From an uncultured Gammaproteobacteria bacterium (GTDB lineage Bacteria; Patescibacteriota; Microgenomatia; Levybacterales; GWA1-39-11), in NCBI GenBank assembly GCA_964409875.1, contig CAYPEN010000002.1, positions 274,630-338,629 on the forward strand: a DNA stretch of 64,000 nt, written 5' to 3'. Position 1 is the stretch's first letter, and every line of letters begins with the position of its first letter. A program made the translations under genes and the position numbers. Of the stretch, positions 1 through 8,578 are shown piece after piece. The notes under the pieces were generated by a model. The model ran no database searches. It had not been told where the DNA came from and saw only the letters and a program-made list of their open reading frames with translations.

Positions 1-1
1 T

Positions 2-862
2 GTAAGCGCCAATGACCTTACTCCTATTGAGCATGCAAAAGTGCAAGCCGTGGCGCAGGATTATATCGACTCGTCAATTTCAAAGACGGTAAATGCCCCC
101 AACACCCACACAATTGATGACGTAAAGACACTCTATATGATGGCATATGACATGGGGCTTAAAGGGATTACGTACATGCGGGATGGGTCGCGTCAGGGAG
201 TTTTGGAGAGGGTGGATGAGAAGAAAAAGGAAGAAGAGGTAAAAATCGCGCAAGCAATGCCGATAAGAAAAAGGCCAACGAGTCTTACCGGTACGACACA
301 TGAAACCCAAACGCCTTTGGGAAACACGTTTATCACGATAAATACGGATAGCCAGAACAATCCTTTTGAGATTTTCATTAACTCTGGAAAGTCGGGCTCA
401 GATGTTATGGCGATGTCTGAGGCGTTGGGACGCATTATGTCGATGGTTTTGAGGATGCAGTCTCCTGTTGAGCCACGGGAGAGGATTCGGGAGATGATTG
501 ACCAGCTGACCGGTATCGGCGGCGGACGTTCGGTCGGATTTGGGCCAAATAGAGTGCGTTCTTTGCCCGATGCTGTGGCAAAAGTTTTGGCGGAGCATTT
601 TGAATTTAGGGTGAATGGGCACGTTGCTGACAAAAATCCGATAAAGCCGGTTCTTGTAGATGCTATAAAACAAGAAGAGGTAACTCCTCAAGTGCAGACA
701 GAACAGGTTAGCGTTGCAACACAAAGCCCGTTGCCCATGATGGCCGCTGCCGGACCCGCGTCTCATGCAAATGCCGATTTATGTCCACAATGCGGAGCCG
801 CTGCCTTCGTACACGAAGAAGGCTGTGCCAAATGCTACGCCTGCGGCCACGCGGAGTGTTAG
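2..862 (+). CDS. nrdJ: Class II (adenosylcobalamin-dependent) ribonucleotide reductase, C-terminal part (5' end lies outside the window)
   Basis: The ORF is open from base 2 in the frame of the ORF-track entry 41..862. Motifs ISKTVNAP and YMMAYDMGLKGITYMRDGSR are typical of B12-dependent RNR. The C-terminal zinc ribbon CPQC...CAKC is followed by the redox tail YACGHAEC. Confidence 0.75.
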   Translation, partial: VSANDLTPIEHAKVQAVAQDYIDSSISKTVNAPNTHTIDDVKTLYMMAYDMGLKGITYMRDGSRQGVLERVDEKKKEEEVKIAQAMPIRKRPTSLTGTTHETQTPLGNTFITINTDSQNNPFEIFINSGKSGSDVMAMSEALGRIMSMVLRMQSPVEPRERIREMIDQLTGIGGGRSVGFGPNRVRSLPDAVAKVLAEHFEFRVNGHVADKNPIKPVLVDAIKQEEVTPQVQTEQVSVATQSPLPMMAAAGPASHANADLCPQCGAAAFVHEEGCAKCYACGHAEC

Positions 863-891
863 CTGTGTGGGAGCCAGGCGCAAGGTTTCCT

Positions 892-1005
892 TATGCTTGT
901 GGTCATGCAGAATGCTGACCACAAGTGAGTGATGCCTGCGGCCATGCTGAATGCTAATTCAGCTGGACGAGGGTGAGTGATGCTTGTGGCCACGCGGAGT
1001 GTTAA
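892..1005 (+). repeat. Three tandem stop-terminated copies (892-918, 931-957, 979-1005) re-encoding the RNR C-terminal heptapeptide ACGHAEC with synonymous codon changes
   Basis: Direct reading gives tat gct tgt ggt cat gca gaa tgc tga, gat gcc tgc ggc cat gct gaa tgc taa and gat gct tgt ggc cac gcg gag tgt taa. All three are in one frame, offset from the nrdJ frame, and each is preceded by gtgagtgat in copies 2 and 3. Confidence 0.8.
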
Positions 1006-1151
1006 TTTGACAACTGAATTTTAGGAAATCACGGTGACCCGCCTAGACTCGACGTCTAGTCGAGGCTGGAATTCCGTGGCTGTGCCGCAACTGTATAGTC
1101 AGAAAACGAATACTCCCGAGCAGGAAAAAAAATTACAGACATAATTTTTGT

Positions 1152-1180
1152 AAAACCTCCTTCTCGCAGGAGGTTTTTTT
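1152..1180 (+). terminator. Rho-independent terminator hairpin (aaaacctcct-tctcgc-aggaggtttt followed by a T-run), 12 nt upstream of the next start codon
   Basis: A perfect 10-bp stem with a 6-nt loop is followed by ttttttt. It could terminate nrdJ and/or act as the expression platform of a leader upstream of the adenosyltransferase gene. Confidence 0.7.
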
Positions 1181-1191
1181 GTAGGAAAAAT

Positions 1192-1746
1192 ATGAGCATA
1201 TACACAAGAAAAGGCGATAAAGGGAGCACTTCTTTAGGAAGCGGTGTACGCGTGTCAAAGGACGACGTACGGGTCGAGGCCTATGGAACTGTGGATGAGT
1301 TGAATGCAGTTCTTGGCGTCGCAGGTTCGGAGCTCGTGCACATAAAAGAGGGATACTCCAAGTATTTATTGGAAATTATCCATCAGGTGCAAGACGATCT
1401 GTTTTGCATCGGCTCTTATTTGTCAAACCCGGCAAACGCAAATCTTGTCGAATTGTTGCCGCAACGGACAACTGTTTTTGAGAGATACATCGATGAAATG
1501 ACAGAAAAAATGCCCGAGCTTTCCAACTTTATACTTCCGGGAGGCGGAAAGGCAGGAGCATTCTTGCAGCTTGCAAGAACCGTAAGCAGGCGTGCTGAAA
1601 GAAGACTTGTTTCGCTTTTGAAAAAAGCAAAGATAAATGAGGGAGTGGTAATGTATATCAACCGGCTTTCCGACCTGCTTTTTACCATGAGCAGGTTCTC
1701 AAACCACAACGAAAAACAAAGCGAGACGATTTGGAAACGAAGATAG
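1192..1746 (+). CDS. pduO: ATP:cob(I)alamin adenosyltransferase, PduO type
   Basis: N-terminal MSIYTRKGDKGSTSLGSG...EAYGTVDELNAVLG matches the PduO/MMAB-family signature (YTRTGDxGxTSL, GxxDELN). Its position next to the AdoCbl-dependent RNR fits. Confidence 0.85.
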   Translation: MSIYTRKGDKGSTSLGSGVRVSKDDVRVEAYGTVDELNAVLGVAGSELVHIKEGYSKYLLEIIHQVQDDLFCIGSYLSNPANANLVELLPQRTTVFERYIDEMTEKMPELSNFILPGGGKAGAFLQLARTVSRRAERRLVSLLKKAKINEGVVMYINRLSDLLFTMSRFSNHNEKQSETIWKRR

Positions 1747-1749
1747 CCA

Positions 1750-1852
1750 TGGGTGAAGTGGGGTGGAAGTCCCTCTCTGTGCCGCAACTGTGAATCCTGA
1801 GCTCGTCGAAGGATAAGTCAGAACCCCGGAAGTCTTTTCGAGCAAAAAGCAT
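1750..1852 (+). ncRNA. Candidate cobalamin riboswitch-like leader upstream of ORF 1853..2926
   Basis: Contains GGTGGAAGTCC (consensus GGUGnAAnUCC), GCCGCAACTGTG (consensus CCGCaACUGUa) and AAGTCAGAACCCCGG (B12-box-like rAGYCMGgAgaCCkGCc) in the canonical order. A related compact version (GGAATTCC...GCCGCAACTGTATAGTCAGAAAAC) lies at 1065-1108. The call rests on remembered consensus and is not computed. Confidence 0.35.
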
Positions 1853-2926
1853 ATGTTAGCAGAAGCATACAATCAAATCCCCCTTCGGACATACGACATT
1901 TCTTTTGACAGCGAGCGTGCACTTGAAGCGGAGAATTTAGAACAATTCACTTCGTATATTGCTACTCAAATGGAAACCCATCTGGGGGAGCGGTTCAATG
2001 TAAGTCTTAGCCGTTACGAATATGACGTAAAAGACGGAAAATTATGGGGGAAAGATATGGGGGGACCATTTCTTAATAGTCTTAAAAAAGGCCGTGATTA
2101 CCGCCTGGTGCATGGGAGTATCGTAGATAGGGAAAGGGAAAGTGCCGAGGTTGAGGGGTTTGAGAAAATAGAAGCGCTTCTTGCCGATGATGATACTCCA
2201 GATGGCACGATGATGCTCTCAATTTCTCCGCCCGGACTTGAGGGGTCGGTCTATACGCATAATTTCTACGATGTATTTGTTGCAAGGAGAAGGGAAGACG
2301 GAGTGAGGTACGTTGAAGCCAGGCGTTATGCTTCCTCTCTTGTCCCCGATCAATATCGGGAAAAAGTAAGTGCATTTGCGTCAATTGAGATTGATGAGAC
2401 CGATGTCTCCGCATCATTTCTAAGGTCGCCTATTCCAATTCAGAATACACTTACTCCTGACGACTTGCATCATTACATGCATAAAGAGCACGATTTTATG
2501 GATGAGGCCGAATTCGAGCGGGTAAAAGCGAGTTGCAACGTTCTAATAACAGCCTATGCACAAGCAGTGCGGGAACAACCCAAAAACGATGTGCTTCACC
2601 GAATACTTTTCAATGCGGTTCTCAATAAAGCGGATGATATTGCTTTCAATAAGGAAAAAATAAATGTAGTGCGGTCGGTACGGGATGAAGTTGAATTATA
2701 TGCTTTTCAGCCGGTTCGGGAGGTTATGACCGGATGCGGCGCTTCGGGCGGGTATGAGATAGGAGTAGAAACGATGAATGCACCTTTTAGTGTATCAACA
2801 TATATTCCCGACAAATATGGGGAACGTACATTCAATTGCCCGTCGTGTAAAAAGGAAAACATCCGGCCATACAACAAGCTTTTACCGCAATGCCTTCATT
2901 GTGGAAGCGACAAAGTAGCGTGTTAA
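1853..2926 (+). CDS. Hypothetical protein with C-terminal CxxC...CxxC zinc ribbon
   Basis: Long ORF with no recognisable catalytic motif. The C-terminus is NCPSCKKEN...CLHCGSDKVAC. It follows the candidate B12 leader. Confidence 0.5.
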   Translation: MLAEAYNQIPLRTYDISFDSERALEAENLEQFTSYIATQMETHLGERFNVSLSRYEYDVKDGKLWGKDMGGPFLNSLKKGRDYRLVHGSIVDRERESAEVEGFEKIEALLADDDTPDGTMMLSISPPGLEGSVYTHNFYDVFVARRREDGVRYVEARRYASSLVPDQYREKVSAFASIEIDETDVSASFLRSPIPIQNTLTPDDLHHYMHKEHDFMDEAEFERVKASCNVLITAYAQAVREQPKNDVLHRILFNAVLNKADDIAFNKEKINVVRSVRDEVELYAFQPVREVMTGCGASGGYEIGVETMNAPFSVSTYIPDKYGERTFNCPSCKKENIRPYNKLLPQCLHCGSDKVAC

Positions 2927-2947
2927 TTTTTTGTATACAATTGATAT

Positions 2948-3655
2948 ATGTTCGATTTTTTTGCCCAACTTTTGTACCCAAAAAGATGTGTGAAATGCAA
3001 AAAAGCGGGGGACTATATTTGCGACACGTGTTTTACGGGAATTGCTTTTTTGGAGAACCAGTTGTGTGGAGTTTGTCAGAAAGGTTCAATTGACGGGCTA
3101 ACCCATCCAAAATGCCGGAGTAAATTTGGTATCGATGGGATAATGTCCGCAATTTCTTATAAGGGAATTGTCAAAAGATTATTGTATCAATTTAAGTATC
3201 CTCCGTATCTTTCCGATTTGAAGGGGATTTTGGGAAGGCTTTTCTATGAGGCGATAGTGCAACAAGAGGTATTCGTAACGTACATATCAGAGAAATATAC
3301 GCTTATTATCCCTGTGCCGCTACATCCTGCACGCTTACGAAAACGGGGGTATAATCAGGCAGAACTTTTAGGAAGAGAGCTGTCAATGCGTTTAAAAATT
3401 CAGCTCGTTGATAATGTTTTAATAAGAACAAAGCAGACAAAACCTCAATTTGAGCTCAAAAAAGAGGAGAGGATTAAAAACATTTTGGGTGCTTTTCAAA
3501 TTTCCACGAAGTTTACAACAAAAATAAAAGGGAAAAATATAGTCCTTGTTGATGACATTACAACAACCGGCGCGACACTCCGGGAGTGTGCAAAAATATT
3601 GAAAAAGAGTGGTGCGGAAAAAGTATTGGGTGTTACCCTAGCACACGAAGCTTAG
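2948..3655 (+). CDS. comF: ComF-family protein (double zinc ribbon plus phosphoribosyltransferase domain)
   Basis: N-terminal CVKCKK...CDTCF and CGVCQ zinc-ribbon motifs. The C-terminal PRTase motif is VLVDDITTTGATLRE. Confidence 0.75.
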   Translation: MFDFFAQLLYPKRCVKCKKAGDYICDTCFTGIAFLENQLCGVCQKGSIDGLTHPKCRSKFGIDGIMSAISYKGIVKRLLYQFKYPPYLSDLKGILGRLFYEAIVQQEVFVTYISEKYTLIIPVPLHPARLRKRGYNQAELLGRELSMRLKIQLVDNVLIRTKQTKPQFELKKEERIKNILGAFQISTKFTTKIKGKNIVLVDDITTTGATLRECAKILKKSGAEKVLGVTLAHEA

Positions 3656-3676
3656 CTTCAAATAGTAAGCCTATAG

Positions 3677-3705
3677 CTTGATATTACTGCAATATTTTGG
3701 TAAAA
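3677..3705 (+). promoter_or_regulatory. Sigma70-like promoter for ssrA (TTGATA - 17 nt - TAAAAT), about 10 nt upstream of the tmRNA 5' GGGG
   Basis: Hexamers and spacing were read directly from the sequence. Confidence 0.45.
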
Positions 3706-3715
3706 TATACGTCCT

Positions 3716-4104
3716 GGGGATGAATTGAATCGACAGGAACTGTACTTTAAAAACTGCAAGCCGGCAATGACTCAAAGCCGTAAAAAAGGGTCAAAAATAC
3801 ATGCTAACAATACTGTTAGCGGTATAAAGCGGTTCTTCGCGGATCGCATTCCGGATGTAAATCCGGGATTAGGTTACGCGGCATTCGCCTAATACCTGTT
3901 TGCTTCCATTCCGCCTCAAGCTCGGGGAAGCAGGCATCAACCAGCTTGAAAACTTAACGGGGCTGACCGAACCGTTTCGCAAAAGGTCTTAGCTGTTTCA
4001 TTCTGCGTTTGGGAGGTCAGAAACGGCAAAATATATCTCAAACTACGCTTGTAGATGTTTTTGAATATGGTTTTTGGACGCCGGTTCGTTACCGGCCATC
4101 TCCA
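3716..4104 (+). ncRNA. ssrA: tmRNA (SsrA)
   Basis: The 5' end GGGGATGAATTGAATCGACAGG parallels E. coli GGGGCUGAUUCUGGAUUCGACGGG. The 3' end GGACGCCGGTTCGTTACCGGC-CATCTCC-A parallels GGACGCGGGUUCAACUCCCGC-CAGCUCC-A, with the acceptor strand complementary to the 5' GGGGATG including a G3-U pair. An internal tag reading frame ends ...PGLGYAAFA followed by TAA at 3890-3892. Confidence 0.8.
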
Positions 4105-5605
4105 CACCAGTGTTTTTTGAAGTTGCTAAATTACCGATTAGCTTGACAGGATAGGCCAAACTTGCGGTTCCAAAGCCATTCTTGTAGTCATATTCAACTT
4201 TTCCGTTAAAATAAGCGTATAGAACAGCTTTCTTATCGTTCACATTTTCACTTTGCCACATATCAATAGGATTTTTTAGCAGTGAAAATAGTTTTTCCGT
4301 AGCGGTTCCAAATCTTTCGTCATTGTAGGGGTTGGATATTAACTCCATATCAATAGACCTAATCTCTTGAGAGTATTTTTCAATTTCGTTTTCATAAACC
4401 TTAATTAAATCTTCACTTGAGGCTTTAGTTATTCGTTCAAGTAGACTTGAAACTTTTGCTTCTAATTCAACTTTTCTATTTAAGTAAAGTTGTCTAATCT
4501 CCTCGTAGCTATTTTTCTTTAAGTTCCATGCTTCTGTTAACACTAATTTTGCAACGTCTAAAATCGTGTTATCTAACCTAACCTTGTATAATAATGCTTC
4601 GAATTGGTCCTCCATGCTTTTCCTTCCTATAACCTTATACTTGTACTTGCAATACTTATTGATACAGAAATAATTGGGATATCTACGACCATGACGACCA
4701 GTGTTCCAAGATGCTGTAAGAGGCTTATTGCACGAAACACAGATAATATGAGTTCGTAATGGAAAATCACTTGAATAGTCGTGTCTTGTCCATTTTTTCC
4801 CTTTTGACCTTATTCTTTGTTGGACTTTTTCGTAGGTTTCAATTGTTATAATGCCTTCATGATGACCTTTTCGCCTCTCTACACTCCATTTAGGGTACTC
4901 CACGTAGCCTGTATATAGTATTTGCCTAAGTATTCGCTGGGTACCGCTTAATGAAAGTTTTTTAGTTATACCATGCTCTTTATATTTGTTGAGAATAAAT
5001 CTCTGAACATCTTCCTGAGTGTTCAGAATACCCACGGCGTAATTTTCTAATGCAGTTTTAATGATAGAAGCGTATGGTTCGACGGGTTTTAATAGCTTCC
5101 CGTGGATAGGGTCTTTAACAGCTGAGAGGCCCAGGGGTGGAAAAAAGGCCCAGTAGCCCTTCTCTAATCGTGCTTTTTGCTTCTGAATAACCTGTCTTCT
5201 ATTGGATTTACGTTGATACTGATTGCTAACGGCTAACATTAGCTCAGCCATTTCGCTCTCATCACTTTCTTCAAAGTTGAAGTTCAAACATTCTAGTCTT
5301 ACCCCTCTAGAGGAAAACTCCGCCCTAAGTTGGATATGAACTTTAACGTCTCTTGCAAACCGTGATAAATCATCAAATATTATTACGTATTCTTCTAATG
5401 TATGGTTATCGATATATTGGATAAGTTGCTTCATGGCAGGCCTTTCAAATAAACCACCGCTTATACCGTCATCAGGAAATACTGCTTCTACGGGATAACC
5501 TTTTTGGACTGCATGAACCCTGCATCTTTGCTCTTGGGAGCTCAAACCATTACCTTCCTTAACCTGCCTCTGACTAGAAACCCTACAATAGATAAGTGCC
5601 TTCAT
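4043..5605 (-). CDS. Large serine recombinase (serine integrase type)
   Basis: N-terminal resolvase catalytic domain (LIYCRVSSQRQ with the Ser nucleophile), a recombinase domain, a Cys-rich zinc ribbon (ICVSCNKPL...CINKYCKYK) and a C-terminal coiled coil. The last roughly 20 codons overlap the tmRNA T-arm and acceptor. Confidence 0.9.
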   Translation of the reverse strand: MKALIYCRVSSQRQVKEGNGLSSQEQRCRVHAVQKGYPVEAVFPDDGISGGLFERPAMKQLIQYIDNHTLEEYVIIFDDLSRFARDVKVHIQLRAEFSSRGVRLECLNFNFEESDESEMAELMLAVSNQYQRKSNRRQVIQKQKARLEKGYWAFFPPLGLSAVKDPIHGKLLKPVEPYASIIKTALENYAVGILNTQEDVQRFILNKYKEHGITKKLSLSGTQRILRQILYTGYVEYPKWSVERRKGHHEGIITIETYEKVQQRIRSKGKKWTRHDYSSDFPLRTHIICVSCNKPLTASWNTGRHGRRYPNYFCINKYCKYKYKVIGRKSMEDQFEALLYKVRLDNTILDVAKLVLTEAWNLKKNSYEEIRQLYLNRKVELEAKVSSLLERITKASSEDLIKVYENEIEKYSQEIRSIDMELISNPYNDERFGTATEKLFSLLKNPIDMWQSENVNDKKAVLYAYFNGKVEYDYKNGFGTASLAYPVKLIGNLATSKNTGVEMAGNEPASKNHIQKHLQA

Positions 5606-5773
5606 GTATTTTGTTTATGTACCTCTGAGTCAATTATATTATTACAAAGCAACCGAAGAGAAAAAAGAAGGTTTTCAATGTCAGTATCAGGCATTTTTTC
5701 TGCCCTGGTACAGAGCGCTTTTCTGACTTCTTGTACAGTGAGTCGTTTTGCGTTACTTTTTTCAGCCACCATA
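5602..5773 (-). CDS. Small HTH protein, candidate excisionase/recombination directionality factor (56 aa, absent from the ORF track)
   Basis: Read on the minus strand as MVAEKSNAKRLTVQEVRKALCTRAEKMPDTDIENLLFSLRLLCNNIIDSEVHKQNT. Its stop TGA overlaps the recombinase ATG (ATGA coupling). The segment LTVQEVRKAL looks like the first HTH helix of Xis/MerR-like proteins. Confidence 0.4.
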
Positions 5774-6038
5774 AACTAGGTACTGAAGTAACGCCGCGTC
5801 AAGTTTGGCTTATTCCTTGTGGAATCCGATACTTACTTACAGGAGTATATTAATATATCTAACCTCAAATATCAAGCCTGTGATTGTTAAAACGTGCCGT
5901 TTTTGAATAAACTTTAATCTTACTTTTTGTAAGAATTGTTAATATTTCTTGAGGCTAATGATTATGTTTATAGTGAGATGTGGTTTAATCTTCAGTATGA
6001 TTACCTCAAAGTAGGAACCCTGGCTACCCCCAAATCGT

Positions 6039-7070
6039 TTACGCAAGGGTCAATAGAAGTTGAATCAATACGAGGAAACAAGCGATAAAAACGACTAGCC
6101 ATAAATCAGCCTGAAAGACTTCTTTTCTTTTAATGCTATTAACAAAACTCCAAATACTTGAGGCCATAAGAATTAGACCCAATAGCACTAAAACCACAAA
6201 TAATATAATGCTCCACATGTGGGAAAATACAACTTTTTTTACACTGAAATCTTGCTGAGAGTTTTCCTCTACCTTTTTTGAGGCTGCAATTAATTGAATT
6301 GCTTGCTGATTTGAATTGTTTAATAACGATGAAAGTCTACTATCGTTTGGTCGCTCTTTTGCAGCTTCTTTATACCATTCGGTATCAGTTGACGTTTTGC
6401 CTGCATAAATTCTAGCCCGAATCATCTGGTCATTTAATTGGTTTCTGTATTCTGGAAAGGCGTTCATAAAAGCGTTATTTCTTAGCGAGAGTAGAATAGC
6501 TTCTGATTGCCGAGATATATTCAATTGTTTTTGATGCATGTCTATTACATCTTGGAATAACCTATTGTTTTTAATGATTGAAGTGTCAATTCTATCCTTT
6601 AAGGCATCAATTGTTTTCTCGTTACTTCCTAACTTCTCAAAATTCTTAAGAAATAATTTCGATAAGTCTGACTGAGATAAGATACTTTGGTTAATAACAA
6701 AGACAATAACAACATAAAGCACACTTACGAATAGTGTCAATAATTTAAGTAACTTTAAGATAAAAGTGCTTTCTTTTTTAGCTGGTTGTTCTATTAATTG
6801 CTGTTCCAAATACACGATGTACACTATGAAGGAAATTAGAGGTACTATAATTGCAAAGATTTGCCATAAACGTGAGTGCTTTGATGGGTGTTTTTTTAGA
6901 GAATAAGTAATTGCAAACCAACTTAAACCCCCCGCTAATATCGAAGCTAAAATTTCATTTTTAATAATACAAACAGACGCTATTATTAAAATTAGCCATA
7001 TAATACGGCCGCTTCTCTTATTTATAAATTGTTCAAATAACTTCATATACGTTAACGAGATATTTCTCAA
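6039..7070 (-). CDS. Hypothetical polytopic membrane protein (island cargo)
   Basis: About 4 N-terminal and 2 C-terminal hydrophobic helices flank a coiled-coil-rich soluble middle domain. No known motif was recognised. Confidence 0.5.
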   Translation of the reverse strand: MRNISLTYMKLFEQFINKRSGRIIWLILIIASVCIIKNEILASILAGGLSWFAITYSLKKHPSKHSRLWQIFAIIVPLISFIVYIVYLEQQLIEQPAKKESTFILKLLKLLTLFVSVLYVVIVFVINQSILSQSDLSKLFLKNFEKLGSNEKTIDALKDRIDTSIIKNNRLFQDVIDMHQKQLNISRQSEAILLSLRNNAFMNAFPEYRNQLNDQMIRARIYAGKTSTDTEWYKEAAKERPNDSRLSSLLNNSNQQAIQLIAASKKVEENSQQDFSVKKVVFSHMWSIILFVVLVLLGLILMASSIWSFVNSIKRKEVFQADLWLVVFIACFLVLIQLLLTLA

Positions 7071-7245
7071 TAATACTTCCAGCCTAGATCAAACGCAAGG
7101 CTATGAGTCCAAATAAATGCTCTTTTAGGCTAGTGGATTGAGCACAATTGGCTTTCAATAATTACCGTATATTACCACCCATAAATACATGTACGAACAC
7201 CAAATTTTTTCAGGTATAATCTAGCAGTCAGAATATAGAAATTCT

Positions 7246-8076
7246 ATGCATAAAACAACACAAAAACGAGTTGATGAGTTGCTTAAAAAGATAAATAGCC
7301 AGCCACCTTCACCAGTCATTACAGGAATATACAAATATCAAGAGGAACACATTACATGGCTAACAAAAAATTACTGGGGATTCACAAAATATTTTGAGGA
7401 AAGTTATGATTTTTTTGTTAATTTAGTAAGTTCGGTTAACTTTATCAATAAAGACAAGTGGAAATGGAATTTGAAATTACCTTATATTTATCTTGGAAAT
7501 TCAACTTATCCATTGTTTAAGTCGTTCACCTTATTGTCCGAAGGATTTTATGATGAGTCGCTTGCACTTTCAAGAGTATCTTATGAGCTCTTAATTAAAT
7601 CGCTGTTTTGCATTCTACATCCAGATGATGCATTTGCAACTTACCAAAAGCCAGAAAAAGGGAAACTAGTATATAACTTAACAAATTTTGTTAAGGATGA
7701 TCTGAAAGTCGATTGGGAATTTCTTTATCGTTTATCATCAGCATCATCTCATGGAAAGCTATATTTTACTAAAATTATAAGTGATAGTAGGGAAAAAGGT
7801 AAACATCAAAACATAGGGTTACAACTAAGGCTTGATGAAAAATCAGCTCAAATTAATATGAACTATCTAACTTTCTTGATTTGGACTCATATTTATTTAT
7901 TCACTGTAATATTTGATGACATTGTTCCTACTAGAAAAATAAATAGTGCTGTTAAAAAAGAGGCGAATGACTACATTAAAATACTAGGGAATATTGTTAA
8001 AGGAACTCCAAATAGTTTTTCTGGAGTCGGAATCGATTTTGAAAGGATTATCAAGAAAGTTAAAGTACAAAAATGA
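7246..8076 (+). CDS. Hypothetical protein (island cargo)
   Basis: 276-aa ORF in AT-rich DNA, divergent from the membrane protein gene. No recognisable motif. Confidence 0.45.
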   Translation: MHKTTQKRVDELLKKINSQPPSPVITGIYKYQEEHITWLTKNYWGFTKYFEESYDFFVNLVSSVNFINKDKWKWNLKLPYIYLGNSTYPLFKSFTLLSEGFYDESLALSRVSYELLIKSLFCILHPDDAFATYQKPEKGKLVYNLTNFVKDDLKVDWEFLYRLSSASSHGKLYFTKIISDSREKGKHQNIGLQLRLDEKSAQINMNYLTFLIWTHIYLFTVIFDDIVPTRKINSAVKKEANDYIKILGNIVKGTPNSFSGVGIDFERIIKKVKVQK

Positions 8077-8158
8077 ACCGTTGCATCAAATCCGTTCCAA
8101 TAGTATCTTTCTATAAAGTCTTGATAAAAGTGAACGCGATGTTAAAAAGTCTTTTTAA

Positions 8159-8578
8159 TTATGCTGGAATTGAAAATGAGATGGAATCTTTTTTTATCAA
8201 CTGAGACAATAATTCTGCTTTTAACACTTCCGATAATAAAATAGCATCTTCTTTGTGCCTATTCTTCAAATAAATTGTATTATCCTTATTGTTAAACAGA
8301 TCTTTGAATCTTTTAAACTTAACATCGTGCGTCGTTAAATTGGTCTTATAATACTCGATGAATAACCCTCCCAGGTTTGAATCTTTATCTATATACATTG
8401 AGAATTCGTTGTTTAATGAAAATAAAGAAAATTCAGGGCTAATTTGTTTGGGCGAAAGACTGAGAGAATCCAAGTCAGCATCATAAGCAAAGTGCCAATT
8501 TTTATTTGTAGCAATAGTTTCTATTTCTGCTATCTGTGATTCTAATTTTTTTGTATTTACTTTTATGGACGTTTGCAT
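8159..8578 (-). CDS. Putative DUF2283-like antitoxin partner
   Basis: HFAYDADLDSLSLS and MYIDKDSNLGGLFIEYY resemble the DUF2283 pattern YDxEaDaLyI...lDlDedGrlvGIEi. It sits immediately downstream of, and overlapping, the DUF4258-like gene. Confidence 0.35.
   Translation of the reverse strand: MQTSIKVNTKKLESQIAEIETIATNKNWHFAYDADLDSLSLSPKQISPEFSLFSLNNEFSMYIDKDSNLGGLFIEYYKTNLTTHDVKFKRFKDLFNNKDNTIYLKNRHKEDAILLSEVLKAELLSQLIKKDSISFSIPA

Noticed and set aside
193-766. Antisense ORFs inside nrdJ (80..310, 193..633, 398..766), and similar antisense or frame-shifted ORFs inside groEL, lepA, murJ, uvrD, the ATPase gene and others
   Set aside because: They are nested within strongly supported genes on the opposite strand or in another frame, have low-complexity composition and no motifs.
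5504-5779. Plus-strand 91-aa ORF upstream of the recombinase
   Set aside because: It overlaps the recombinase 5' end and the better-supported minus-strand 56-aa Xis-like ORF that is start/stop-coupled to the integrase. No motifs.
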